Positions 25,576-33,866 of a stretch of 64,000 bases of DNA are shown in pieces. The stretch covers positions 21,229 to 85,228 of the forward strand of contig JAHCRG010000017.1 in the NCBI GenBank assembly GCA_020148045.1. Reading direction: 5' to 3'. The notes under the pieces are model-generated. The model was not told the origin of the DNA. It saw only the letters and a list, made by a program, of their open reading frames with translations, and searched no databases. A program made the position numbers and the translations under genes. Origin of the DNA: Patescibacteria group bacterium (lineage in GTDB: Bacteria; Patescibacteriota; Minisyncoccia; Minisyncoccales; GWA2-38-27). Within the stretch, counting starts at the first letter, position 1, and each line of letters opens with the position of its first letter.

Positions 25576-25649
25576 GCGCCCGTGGCTCAATTGGATAGAG
25601 CGCCTGGCTTCGGACCAGGAGATTGTGGGTTCGACTCCTACCGGGCGCA
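25576..25649 (+). tRNA. tRNA-Arg (anticodon UCG)
   Basis: The acceptor pairs GCGCCCG with CGGGCGC. The anticodon stem is CCTGG/CCAGG with loop CTTCGGA, and the T-loop is TTCGACT. The discriminator is A. Confidence 0.9.
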
Positions 25650-25659
25650 CAGTTCTTTC

Positions 25660-25733
25660 GGGGCTGTAGCTCAAACTGGAGAGCGTCTCTTTTGCACTGA
25701 GAAGGTATGAGGGTTCGAATCCCTTCAGCTCCA
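25660..25733 (+). tRNA. tRNA-Ala (anticodon UGC)
   Basis: The acceptor pairs GGGGCTG with CAGCTCC and carries G3:U70. The anticodon loop is TTTGCAC and the T-loop TTCGAAT. The discriminator is A. Confidence 0.8.
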
Positions 25734-25736
25734 ATA

Positions 25737-25764
25737 GCGGTTTATCTTCTTTAACCGCTTTTTT
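25737..25764 (+). terminator. Intrinsic terminator after the tRNA pair
   Basis: GCGGTT-(10-nt loop)-AACCGC followed by TTTTTT. Confidence 0.7.
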
Positions 25765-25766
25765 CT

Positions 25767-25801
25767 CAAAAAAAAGCAATGTTTTAAACATCGCTTTTTT
25801 T
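25767..25801. terminator. Second hairpin flanked by A8/T7 runs (serves the minus-strand dksA-like gene)
   Basis: AGCAATGTTT/AAACATCGCT with one mismatch, between an A-run and a T-run. Confidence 0.55.
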
Positions 25802-25821
25802 ATTGCGTGCGGATGATAAAC

Positions 25822-26193
25822 TTAGCGGGTTTCGCACTTGGTGCACATTCTTGCTTCGGGGTAGATTTTTAGCCGCTCTTCAGAAATTTTCTTGCCGCAT
25901 TTTTCACACTTCCCGTATTTGCCTTTTTTTATTTTCTCTAAAGCTAAATTAATATTTTGGAGCTGCAGTTCCATGCTGTGTTCAATGGGAAGAAGAGTTA
26001 CATATTCCTCCACCTGGTCAGCTGCGTCTTCCAAGGCCTGACTGCCAGCACCGCCATTAAATTTAGGATATTTTGTATCCCAGTCACCTTTAAGCTTCTC
26101 ATCTTTTCTGGCAAATTTCCCAAGCTCAACTTCAATTGAAGTTTTTCGTTCTTCTAATTTTTCCTTTAATTGTTCAAGAAGTTTCTTGGTCAT
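25822..26193 (-). CDS. DksA/TraR-family C4 zinc-finger protein
   Basis: It contains CEKCGKKI...CTKCE. The ORF extends to an ATG at 26208, overlapping the upstream gene. The ATG at 26193 (MTKKLLEQ...) avoids the overlap, so the start is ambiguous. Confidence 0.75.
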   Translation of the reverse strand: MTKKLLEQLKEKLEERKTSIEVELGKFARKDEKLKGDWDTKYPKFNGGAGSQALEDAADQVEEYVTLLPIEHSMELQLQNINLALEKIKKGKYGKCEKCGKKISEERLKIYPEARMCTKCETR

Positions 26194-26194
26194 A

Positions 26195-28279
26195 CTATTT
26201 ATTAGCATATCCTGCCGATATCCAACCTATTTTGCCATCTTCAAACTCTATTTTGTACCACCCTTCAAGCTCTTCCAATAATGGATAACTTTCACCAGAA
26301 TAAGCCGCACCTATTATAGGATAGTTGGTTCCCGGTCCTTCCCTTACCTTTAACAAGGTCTTAAGTGTTTCTTTAACAGTGACCATTGGTATCTCTTCCG
26401 GGGGTTTCTCTTCTTCTTCCTCCTCCTCCTCTTCCTCCTCCTCCTCTTCTTCTTCTTCTGGAATTTCTGTTGACTCTTCCGGCGTTTCAACTGACGAAGC
26501 AGGCGGTTGTCTTCTTATTCTGAAAAACCAATACCAAAAAGTGCCGATACCCGCCAAAAATACTAAAATTACAGTAACAATTAAAATTCTAACCCAAAGT
26601 TTCCCTCCAAAAGTAGGTTTCTTAGGGACAACTCTAATAACTTCCGAGGGTTTCGGAGAAGGAGGGGGTTTTGGAGGTCCTTTTTTCTTCTCCCGAAGCC
26701 GCTCTAATAATTCTCTTCTTCTTTTTTCTTCTTTTGCTAAAGCTTCTTTTCTTTCTCGTTCTTGACTCGCCCTCCTTCCAGCTTCCTCTCTTCCCCTCTG
26801 CTCCTCTTCTTTTTTTCTCCGCTCCTCTGATTCTTTTTGCAGTGCTTCAATCCTTTTCTTGGCTTCTTCAATTCTTCTTTTTTCCAGCTCCCCGGCCTTA
26901 GTTGGAACTACGGTAGGAGCAGGGGAGGGTTTTTTTACCTCTGGCTCTTTCTTGCCCGCCGTAGCTTTAGCGGGGGCGGGCCTCCCTTCTATCTTTTGAT
27001 CTATTTTTTTAATTCTTTCAATTATATTATTTCTTTTTTCTGAAAGAGTTTGAAATCTTCTTTCAAATCTTCTCATCTGAACTTCTACTCCCTGCTTCTT
27101 TTCTTCCAAATTCCACCTTTCTGTTTCAATTTTTCTCCTCTTTTCTTCCACCTCCCATCTTTCTTTTTCTAATTCTTTTCTTTTCCCTAATTTCTTGACC
27201 CTTTTTTCTTCTTCCTCAACTAATTTTTTCTCTTCCTCAATCTCTTTTTCTTTGGTTAAGACACTCTCTAAAATTTTTCCAATTCTATTTAGTTCTCCAG
27301 AAAAGTTAATTTTCTTTGCTTCAAAAGATTTTTTAACTTCCTCTATTCCTTTAAGTTCTGTCTTTAATTCAATCCTCTCTAATTCTAATTGAATGTTTTC
27401 TTTTTTCTCAGAAATTTCTTTTTGTTTTTTAGTTAATTCTTCTCCCTTAATTTCTATTTTTCTGCCTTCGGACTCAATTTCTTTGAGTTGACTATCCAGT
27501 TGCTTTAATTTCTCCTCCCAGGGCCATCTTTTCTTTTCCAATTCCCGACGTTTTTCTTCTATTTTCCATCTCTCTTTTTCTATCTGCTTTTTTTCTTCAG
27601 CTGTTTTCGCTGCTTCCTCTTTTTCTTCAATTAATCTCTGGGTTTCTTCAATTCTCCTTTCCTTGGCTGAAACAAGCTGAAAGTTTTTTTCAACCCCCCT
27701 TAGTTCTTCTAAAATTGTTGTCTTTCGTAATTCTAAGGGTCTTTTCTCGACAACGAATTTCTCAAAGCTTTCTTTTATTTTAATTTCTTCTTCTTCTATT
27801 TTTCTCTTCTCTTGCAAAAGTGCCATTTTTCTCATTTTAGGCTCTTCTCTCCTTTTTCTTTCCTCTTCCTTGGCCGTCACAGCTTCAGCGGCGGCTTTTC
27901 TTCTTTGTTCCTCTTCTGCAACCCTTCTTTCCTTAATCTCCCCTCTCTTTTCTTCCTCCGCTCTTTTTCTCTTTTCTTCTTTTGCCCTTACTCTTTCTGC
28001 TTCCTCGGCCGTCACAGCTTCAGCGGCGGCGGCTCTTCTTCTTTTTTCTTCCTCTTCTTCTTTTCTTAACTTCTCTTCTTCTGCTCTTTTTCTTTCTTCT
28101 TCTGCTCTTTTTCTTTTCTTCCCCTCTCCTTTTTTTCTTCGTTCCTCTTCCATCCTCAATTCAGCCGCTCTTTTTTGAGGGACTCCTCTTTTAGCTGCTT
28201 TCTGTTGAAGACGGACAATGTCCTTTTTCATTGTCCTAATATCCTCTTTTTTGATGGATATATCTATATCTCTGGGCAT
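26195..28279 (-). CDS. K/E-rich coiled-coil membrane protein with poly-Glu spacer and C-terminal SH3b-like domain
   Basis: 694 aa. About 540 aa are K/E/R coiled coil, followed by one TM helix (LWVRILIVTVILVFLAGIGTFWYWFF), an E17 run, and the SH3b-like motif GWYKIEFEDGKIGWISAGYA. Confidence 0.7.
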   Translation of the reverse strand: MPRDIDISIKKEDIRTMKKDIVRLQQKAAKRGVPQKRAAELRMEEERRKKGEGKKRKRAEEERKRAEEEKLRKEEEEEKRRRAAAAEAVTAEEAERVRAKEEKRKRAEEEKRGEIKERRVAEEEQRRKAAAEAVTAKEEERKRREEPKMRKMALLQEKRKIEEEEIKIKESFEKFVVEKRPLELRKTTILEELRGVEKNFQLVSAKERRIEETQRLIEEKEEAAKTAEEKKQIEKERWKIEEKRRELEKKRWPWEEKLKQLDSQLKEIESEGRKIEIKGEELTKKQKEISEKKENIQLELERIELKTELKGIEEVKKSFEAKKINFSGELNRIGKILESVLTKEKEIEEEKKLVEEEEKRVKKLGKRKELEKERWEVEEKRRKIETERWNLEEKKQGVEVQMRRFERRFQTLSEKRNNIIERIKKIDQKIEGRPAPAKATAGKKEPEVKKPSPAPTVVPTKAGELEKRRIEEAKKRIEALQKESEERRKKEEEQRGREEAGRRASQERERKEALAKEEKRRRELLERLREKKKGPPKPPPSPKPSEVIRVVPKKPTFGGKLWVRILIVTVILVFLAGIGTFWYWFFRIRRQPPASSVETPEESTEIPEEEEEEEEEEEEEEEEEKPPEEIPMVTVKETLKTLLKVREGPGTNYPIIGAAYSGESYPLLEELEGWYKIEFEDGKIGWISAGYANK

Positions 28280-28286
28280 AAATATG

Positions 28287-30386
28287 TTATTTCTTTAGCA
28301 AAGATAAATTAATCCTACCTTGTTCATCAATTGAAATCACTTTTACTGAAACCGCGTCCCCTATTTTTACCACATCCCCAACTTTTCTTACTCTTTTATC
28401 AGATAATTTAGATATATGAATCAATCCCTCTTGACCTGGTAAAATTTCAACAAAAGCCCCAAACTCTAAAATCCTTTTTACTCTCCCCTGAAAAACTTCT
28501 CCAACTTTAACTTCTCTGGTAATGTTCTTTATCCAGGCAATTGCTTTTTTAGCTGCCTCTTCTTTCTCCGAAGTAACAAAGATAAGACCGGAATCTTGGA
28601 TGTCTATTGCTGCTCCGGTTTCTTCAGTAATCTCCTTAATCACTTTTCCTCCGGGACCTATTACCTCTCTGATTTTTTCTGGATTAATTTGGATAGTTAA
28701 AATTCTGGGAGCGTAAGGTGAAAGCTGGGCTCGAGGTTTTGATATAATTTTATTCATTGAGTCTAAAATCTCTAATCTTGCTTTCTTGGCCCTATTAAGA
28801 ACTTCTGTCATAATTTTCTTGCTTATTCCTTCAATTTTCACGTCCATTTGAAGAACGGTTATTCCTTTTTTAGTTCCGGCTACCTTAAAATCCATATCTC
28901 CGTAATGGTCTTCTGGGCCCTGAATATCTGTTAAAACCTTATAACTACCTGTTTTTTTATCTTGAGCCAACCCAATAGCAATCCCGGCTGCTGGACTTTT
29001 TATCGGCACCCCGGCATCCATTAAAGCCAAAGAAGAGCTGGAAACTGAAGCCATTGAAGTTGAACCGTTTGAAGAAAGGATCTCTGAAACCACTCTCATT
29101 GTATAAGGGAATTCATCGAAATCGGGAATTAAAGACAAAAGAGCTTTTTCTGCTAACATTCCATGACCAATCTCTCTTCTCCCCGGCCCTCTTAACGGCT
29201 TGACCTCTCCAGCTGAATAGGGGGGAAAATTATAATGGTGCATAAATCTTTTTTTCCCAACAATTTCCATCCCTTCTAATAATTGCTGGTCCCCAGGCGC
29301 TCCTAAAGTTAAAATAGACAAAGCTTTAGTTTGCCCCCGACAAAATAGACCGGAACCATGGGTTCTCGGCAAAAGCCCAACTTCACAATCAATTTTTCTA
29401 ATTTCATCTAATTTTCTATTATCAGGCCTCTTGTTATATTTTATTATATTTTCGTGAAGTAATCTATCTATTCCCTTTTCAAAAAAATCTTGAGCATATT
29501 TTGTTTTTCCCTCTTCAGAATATTTCTCCTCAACAAAACAGCTAAGCTCTTCTTTTAATTCATCTATCTTATCTGTTCTTTGGCTTTTGTCCTCTTGGTA
29601 GAGAGCTTCTTCTAGTTTTTTGTCCAAGAATTCTTTAATTTCTTTTTCTAAAACATCATCAACCGGAAATGTTTCTAAAAGTAATTTTTCTTTCCCAACT
29701 TTCTCTATGATTTCTTTTTGAAAAGCAATGACTTTTTTTAAATGTTTTTCTGAAAAATCCAAGGCCTCCAAAATCACTTTTTCATCAACCTCTTCGCAAT
29801 TCCCTTCAACCATATTAATTAAAACTTCTCCACCTTCTAACATTCCGGCAAAGATAACATCCATTTGGCAACCTTCTCTTTCTTCATAAGTTGGGTTTAA
29901 AATAAACTTGCCGTCTTTTTGACAAACCCTAACCACCCCTATCGGTCCTTGCCAGGGAATGTCAGAAATAGATAAAGATAGAGAAGCAGCTATCAGCCCT
30001 AAAATATCAGGGTCATTTTGACCATCCCAGGAAAGCACAGTAGTTATTACCTGAATTTCTCTGGCTAAATTTTCAGGAAATCTTGGCCGAATAGCTCGGT
30101 CAATCAACCTGGCGTTACAAATCGCCTCATCAGAAGGCCGACTTTCTCTTTTAATATAGCGAGGGCCTTTAATTTTTCCAGCAGCATAATATTTTTCTTG
30201 ATATTCAACAGTTAAAGGAAAAAAACCGATATCTTCTCGGTCTTTTTTACTCATTACACAAGTAGTCAAAAGCAAAGTATCACCATAACTAACTAAAACA
30301 CTACCATTTGCTTGTTCGGCTAAATTCCTAATCTCAACTTTAAGATTTTTTTCTCCTAATTTTAGACTAAATTTTTGACTGTTCAT
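28287..30386 (-). CDS. pnp: Polyribonucleotide nucleotidyltransferase (PNPase)
   Basis: 699 aa with two RNase PH domains, a KH domain (IGPGGKVIKEITEETG) and an S1 domain (GEVFQGRVKRILEFGAFVEI). Confidence 0.95.
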   Translation of the reverse strand: MNSQKFSLKLGEKNLKVEIRNLAEQANGSVLVSYGDTLLLTTCVMSKKDREDIGFFPLTVEYQEKYYAAGKIKGPRYIKRESRPSDEAICNARLIDRAIRPRFPENLAREIQVITTVLSWDGQNDPDILGLIAASLSLSISDIPWQGPIGVVRVCQKDGKFILNPTYEEREGCQMDVIFAGMLEGGEVLINMVEGNCEEVDEKVILEALDFSEKHLKKVIAFQKEIIEKVGKEKLLLETFPVDDVLEKEIKEFLDKKLEEALYQEDKSQRTDKIDELKEELSCFVEEKYSEEGKTKYAQDFFEKGIDRLLHENIIKYNKRPDNRKLDEIRKIDCEVGLLPRTHGSGLFCRGQTKALSILTLGAPGDQQLLEGMEIVGKKRFMHHYNFPPYSAGEVKPLRGPGRREIGHGMLAEKALLSLIPDFDEFPYTMRVVSEILSSNGSTSMASVSSSSLALMDAGVPIKSPAAGIAIGLAQDKKTGSYKVLTDIQGPEDHYGDMDFKVAGTKKGITVLQMDVKIEGISKKIMTEVLNRAKKARLEILDSMNKIISKPRAQLSPYAPRILTIQINPEKIREVIGPGGKVIKEITEETGAAIDIQDSGLIFVTSEKEEAAKKAIAWIKNITREVKVGEVFQGRVKRILEFGAFVEILPGQEGLIHISKLSDKRVRKVGDVVKIGDAVSVKVISIDEQGRINLSLLKK

Positions 30387-30886
30387 TTCTTCAGTAAATA
30401 TTTCTTTGGGAACATTTCTAAATCAACAAATTCATCAGCTATTTCTTTTAAACGGCCGGAGGATGACCTTCCAAAAGCAATGACTTCCACTCTTTTCCCC
30501 TGGTTCTTTAAGTATTCAACCAAAGAAATAAAATCGCCATCACCAGAAGCAAGAACCAAAGTATCAACACTCGGAGCTATTTTTATCGCATCAATAACTA
30601 TTCCTACGTCCCAATCAGCTTTCTTCTGTCCTCCGTAAAATTCTTGAAGATCTCTAACTCTTGTTTCAATCCCGAGTTTAGTCAGAGCTTCAAAAAAAGC
30701 TTTTTCCTCTCCAGTTTTTGTCCTTACCACATAGGCGAAAGCTCGAATTAAATTCCTTTCACTAACCGCTAATTTTAAAATCTCCCGAAAATTAACCCGG
30801 GCATTGTATAAATTCTTGGCAGAGTGATACAAGTTTTGGACATCAATTAACACTCCGACTCTTTGTCCTATATGTTTTACAACCAT
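30383..30886 (-). CDS. NYN-domain (LabA/DUF88-like) protein
   Basis: 167 aa with VGVLIDVQNLY and LASGDGDF. Confidence 0.8.
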   Translation of the reverse strand: MVVKHIGQRVGVLIDVQNLYHSAKNLYNARVNFREILKLAVSERNLIRAFAYVVRTKTGEEKAFFEALTKLGIETRVRDLQEFYGGQKKADWDVGIVIDAIKIAPSVDTLVLASGDGDFISLVEYLKNQGKRVEVIAFGRSSSGRLKEIADEFVDLEMFPKKYLLKK

Positions 30887-30887
30887 A

Positions 30888-31154
30888 TTATTTCTTCAAC
30901 CCTATTGCTTTTACAATTTTATTGTAGCTTCTTTCGTTTTCTTTTTTTAGATATTTCAAAAGTTTTCTTCTCTTAGAAACCATTTTCAAAAGCCCTCTTT
31001 TGGAATGAAAATCTTTTGAATGTTTTTTTAAATGCGAAAGCAATCTCTTAATTTCTTCGGTAAGCAAAGTAATCTGAACCTCAGCAGACCCAGTATCTGC
31101 CTTATGTAGTTTATACTTCTCAATAATTTTTGTTTTTTCTTCCGGTGTTAACAT
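30888..31154 (-). CDS. rpsO: 30S ribosomal protein S15
   Basis: The track ORF (to 31217) runs into tRNA-Lys. The true start is the ATG at 31154: MLTPEEKTKIIEKYKLHKADTGSAEVQITLLTEEIKRL..HLKKH.KD.HS.RGLL. Confidence 0.9.
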   Translation of the reverse strand: MLTPEEKTKIIEKYKLHKADTGSAEVQITLLTEEIKRLLSHLKKHSKDFHSKRGLLKMVSKRRKLLKYLKKENERSYNKIVKAIGLKK

Positions 31155-31159
31155 ATCTG

Positions 31160-31232
31160 TGCCCCCACCAGGACTCGAACCTGGACTCATATCCTTAAGA
31201 GGGATCTGCTTTTCCAATTAAGCTATGGGGGC
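31160..31232 (-). tRNA. tRNA-Lys (anticodon CUU)
   Basis: The acceptor pairs GCCCCCA with TGGGGGC. The anticodon loop is CTCTTAA, and the T-arm is CCAGG-TTCGAGT-CCTGG. The discriminator is A and no CCA is encoded. It ends 5 nt before the rpsO ATG. Confidence 0.85.
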
Positions 31233-31235
31233 AAA

Positions 31236-31658
31236 TTATGGACAGGGGAATATCCACCAGCCTTGGCCTGGGCCTTGCCAAACTGTTGTCCCAATTATTG
31301 TTAGAAATGTATTCACAATTACCCAAGCCCCATAAATTATTACAAGACCAATAACAACTGCTGTAAATAAGCTTTTTGCTTTGGAAAGCATCTCTGGTTT
31401 CCCTTGACTTATAATATACATTACACCGCCAATGGCTATCATTAAAGCGGCCGTAATCGGAACAAATATAATTAAAAGACTATCAACCCATCTATCAAAC
31501 ATTACAAATAAATGACAAAGTTCGCAAGGAACAGTTTGGTCTCCGGGTTGATCAGGATCATCTACAGAGAGACCGCAAGGGACAAGCCCACTATAAACTG
31601 GGGTAACAAATGAAAAAAGGAATATTATAAAAAAAGCTACCAAAAATATTTTTTTCAT
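31236..31658 (-). CDS. T4SS-type pilin-like protein (TrbC/VirB2-like, CPR type)
   Basis: 140 aa with a signal peptide, SGLVPCG...CELC, then two TM helices containing GGVMYIISQGKPEMLSKAKSLFTAVVIGLVIIY. The same core occurs in the three ORFs at 53455-57653. Confidence 0.6.
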   Translation of the reverse strand: MKKIFLVAFFIIFLFSFVTPVYSGLVPCGLSVDDPDQPGDQTVPCELCHLFVMFDRWVDSLLIIFVPITAALMIAIGGVMYIISQGKPEMLSKAKSLFTAVVIGLVIIYGAWVIVNTFLTIIGTTVWQGPGQGWWIFPCP

Positions 31659-31689
31659 ATTGTTTAGTACTAGTATAATCTATTTTTAA

Positions 31690-31732
31690 AAAAAAGAAAA
31701 GAGCAAAACAAAACTAAGCTTAGCTTAGTTTT
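31690..31732 (-). terminator. Intrinsic terminator after the LysM-M23 gene
   Basis: A perfect 10-bp hairpin AAAACTAAGC-TTA-GCTTAGTTTT (31710-31732), with a U-rich run on the reverse strand. Confidence 0.65.
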
Positions 31733-31765
31733 AGTAGTTTTAGCTTAAATATTGTATTGTTTTAT

Positions 31766-32857
31766 CTAGCGAAAAGGGTTTCTGGCGCCCCGAACACCGA
31801 AATGAACATGACAGCCTGTGGAGCGTCCAGCTCCTGGAGTTCCTGGCTTGCCTCCCATCAAAGCAATCATCTGACCTTGGAAGACTGTCTGCCCTGGAGC
31901 AACCAAGCTCTTCTGAACATGACCATACATTGTTACTACTCCATTGGGATGCAAAATTGTTAAATAATTTCCAGCTCCATAGTTCCAACCATATTTTACT
32001 CTTTGCACCATCCCTGCAGCAGCGGCATATACTGGGTCACCGCACTTACCTCCAAAGTCAATGGCATTATACCAGTGAAGCCCTTGGGTAATATGGCGAG
32101 CCGAATGAGGACAAATAAAGTAACTTGAACCAAGAGGAACCTGTGGTGCTGCATAATAACTCTTCTTTGGAGGAGGAGGTATCGTTCCATTAGGAATAAT
32201 TAAAATATCACCAATATAGATATCTCCTTCGTTTGAAAGTTCATTAAAATCAACAATCTCCCCGACTTCCCCTTTATAAATTTCAGCAATTTCACTCAAG
32301 GTATCTCCTTTTTTCACATGATAGATAACTCCTGGAATCGGCAGGATAATAAGTTTCTGGCCCGGCTTAATTATTGATTTTGAGCTTAAATCATTAGCCC
32401 ATAAAATCGTGTCAAGAGAAATATCAAATTTAGCTGCAATAGAAGAAAGAGTATCGCCTGATTCTACAATATATTCAATAATTTCTTTTCTTCCTTCTAT
32501 CTCGCTCTCAATACCTCCCAACACACTTCCCAAAACCTGAGGAGTAATTGTTATTGGCGGCGAAACTCCAACTACACTATTTTTTTGGATAAAACTCATC
32601 TCAGGAGACTCCCTTAGGAAGTTTTTCGCAGGTTCTACAAATAAATCTTGGGGAGGAAGTTTGGTTTTTATGGTTGCAGTTAAAAAAGAAAAATCCCGAA
32701 GAGAAAGGGATCTTAAAGTTGGCTCAAAAACTAAAATTCCAAATAAAAAAATAGTCAAAATCGCTACTACCCCAAAGAAAAGTTCTTCTTTAAAGGATTT
32801 TTGAAATCTTTGACCTATTTTATTTTTGACTAATTGAAACAGGTGGAATTTAGACAT
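31766..32857 (-). CDS. LysM-domain M23 peptidase
   Basis: 363 aa with an N-terminal TM helix, two LysM repeats (GDTLSSIAAKFDISLDTILWAN and GDTLSEIAEIY), and the M23 motifs HWYNAIDF and GCHVHFGV. Confidence 0.85.
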   Translation of the reverse strand: MSKFHLFQLVKNKIGQRFQKSFKEELFFGVVAILTIFLFGILVFEPTLRSLSLRDFSFLTATIKTKLPPQDLFVEPAKNFLRESPEMSFIQKNSVVGVSPPITITPQVLGSVLGGIESEIEGRKEIIEYIVESGDTLSSIAAKFDISLDTILWANDLSSKSIIKPGQKLIILPIPGVIYHVKKGDTLSEIAEIYKGEVGEIVDFNELSNEGDIYIGDILIIPNGTIPPPPKKSYYAAPQVPLGSSYFICPHSARHITQGLHWYNAIDFGGKCGDPVYAAAAGMVQRVKYGWNYGAGNYLTILHPNGVVTMYGHVQKSLVAPGQTVFQGQMIALMGGKPGTPGAGRSTGCHVHFGVRGARNPFR

Positions 32858-32915
32858 CTATTTTACTATTTTAGCTTATTGGAAGCGGAGGTCAAGCGAT
32901 TTTTCCACACCCTTG

Positions 32916-32924
32916 TGGTAAAAT
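32916..32924 (+). promoter_or_regulatory. Extended -10 promoter (TGgTAAAAT) 6 nt upstream of the rsmA ATG (leaderless-type)
   Basis: TGGTAAAAT-GAATTA-ATG, read directly. There is no SD. Confidence 0.5.
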
Positions 32925-32930
32925 GAATTA

Positions 32931-33773
32931 ATGGATTTAATCTCAAAAAAGAATATCAAGGCTCTGCTCAAAAAATATCAAACCAGTCGCTCCGCGATTA
33001 AGAAAATCTATCCTTCAAAAAGATTAGGTCAGAATTTTCTAATTGACAAAAATGTTGTTAAAAAGGTTATTAAAGCAGCTGAGCTTCATTCAAAAGATAT
33101 TGTTTTGGAAGTCGGCCCTGGAATTGGGGCTTTAACCCAAGAAATAGCTAAAAAAACAGACAAGGTAATTGCAGTAGAAAAAGACCCAAAGATGGTAGAA
33201 ATTTTAAAAGAAACCTTGAAAGATTTTAAGAATATTGAAATCATTAACAAAGACATACTAAAATTCAATAACTACTCACTACTCACTACAAACTACAAAC
33301 TAATCGCTAATCTTCCTTTTTATATCACTGCACCTGTTATCAGGAAATTTCTAGAAAGTAAAAACACGCCAAAAGAAATGATTTTAATAGTTCAAAAGGA
33401 AGTTGCTCAAAGAATATGCTCTAAACCTCCCAAGATGAACATTTTAGCTGTTTCTGTCCAGTTTTATGCTAAACCCAAAATTATTTCCTACATCTCAAAA
33501 AAATCCTTCTGGCCCAGTCCAAAAGTAGATTCGGCAATTATCAAAATAGTTCCCCAGAAAAAATATAAAGATGTTGATATTGATTTGTTTTTCAAAATCG
33601 TCAAGGCTGGCTTTGCTCATCCTAGAAAACAACTTGCCAACAACCTGACTAATGGGTTAGAATTAAACAAACAAGAAGTTAACGATTTGCTTTTGAAAAA
33701 CGATGTCCAGCCAACTCAAAGGGCTGAAACTTTGACTATTAATAATTGGATTCAATTAACAAAAATGTTATAA
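32931..33773 (+). CDS. rsmA: 16S rRNA (adenine1518/1519-N6)-dimethyltransferase
   Basis: 280 aa with LGQNFLID, VLEVGPGIGALT and NLPFYIT. Confidence 0.9.
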   Translation: MDLISKKNIKALLKKYQTSRSAIKKIYPSKRLGQNFLIDKNVVKKVIKAAELHSKDIVLEVGPGIGALTQEIAKKTDKVIAVEKDPKMVEILKETLKDFKNIEIINKDILKFNNYSLLTTNYKLIANLPFYITAPVIRKFLESKNTPKEMILIVQKEVAQRICSKPPKMNILAVSVQFYAKPKIISYISKKSFWPSPKVDSAIIKIVPQKKYKDVDIDLFFKIVKAGFAHPRKQLANNLTNGLELNKQEVNDLLLKNDVQPTQRAETLTINNWIQLTKML

Positions 33774-33866
33774 TATTTTAATGCTGTGGAAAATTAAAAA
33801 CTTTTTATTTAATCTATGTAAAAAGAAAACAATTCTCTTTGTTTTCTTTTTTGCTTCTCTAGAGAT

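Noticed and set aside
25567-25791. A 74-aa minus-strand ORF.
   Set aside because: It is antisense to the two plus-strand tRNA genes (Arg, Ala) and the terminator, so it is an artefact.
26325-28194. Many plus-strand ORFs (60-146 aa) antisense to the K/E-rich gene.
   Set aside because: They are Ser/Phe/Leu low-complexity translations of the complement of GAA/AAG repeats. They have no start context and are nested in a much longer coherent ORF.
31155-31217. N-terminal extension of the rpsO ORF (MEKQIPLKDMSPGSSPGGGTD).
   Set aside because: The extension is the reverse-strand reading of tRNA-Lys(CUU). S15 homology starts at the internal ATG at 31154.
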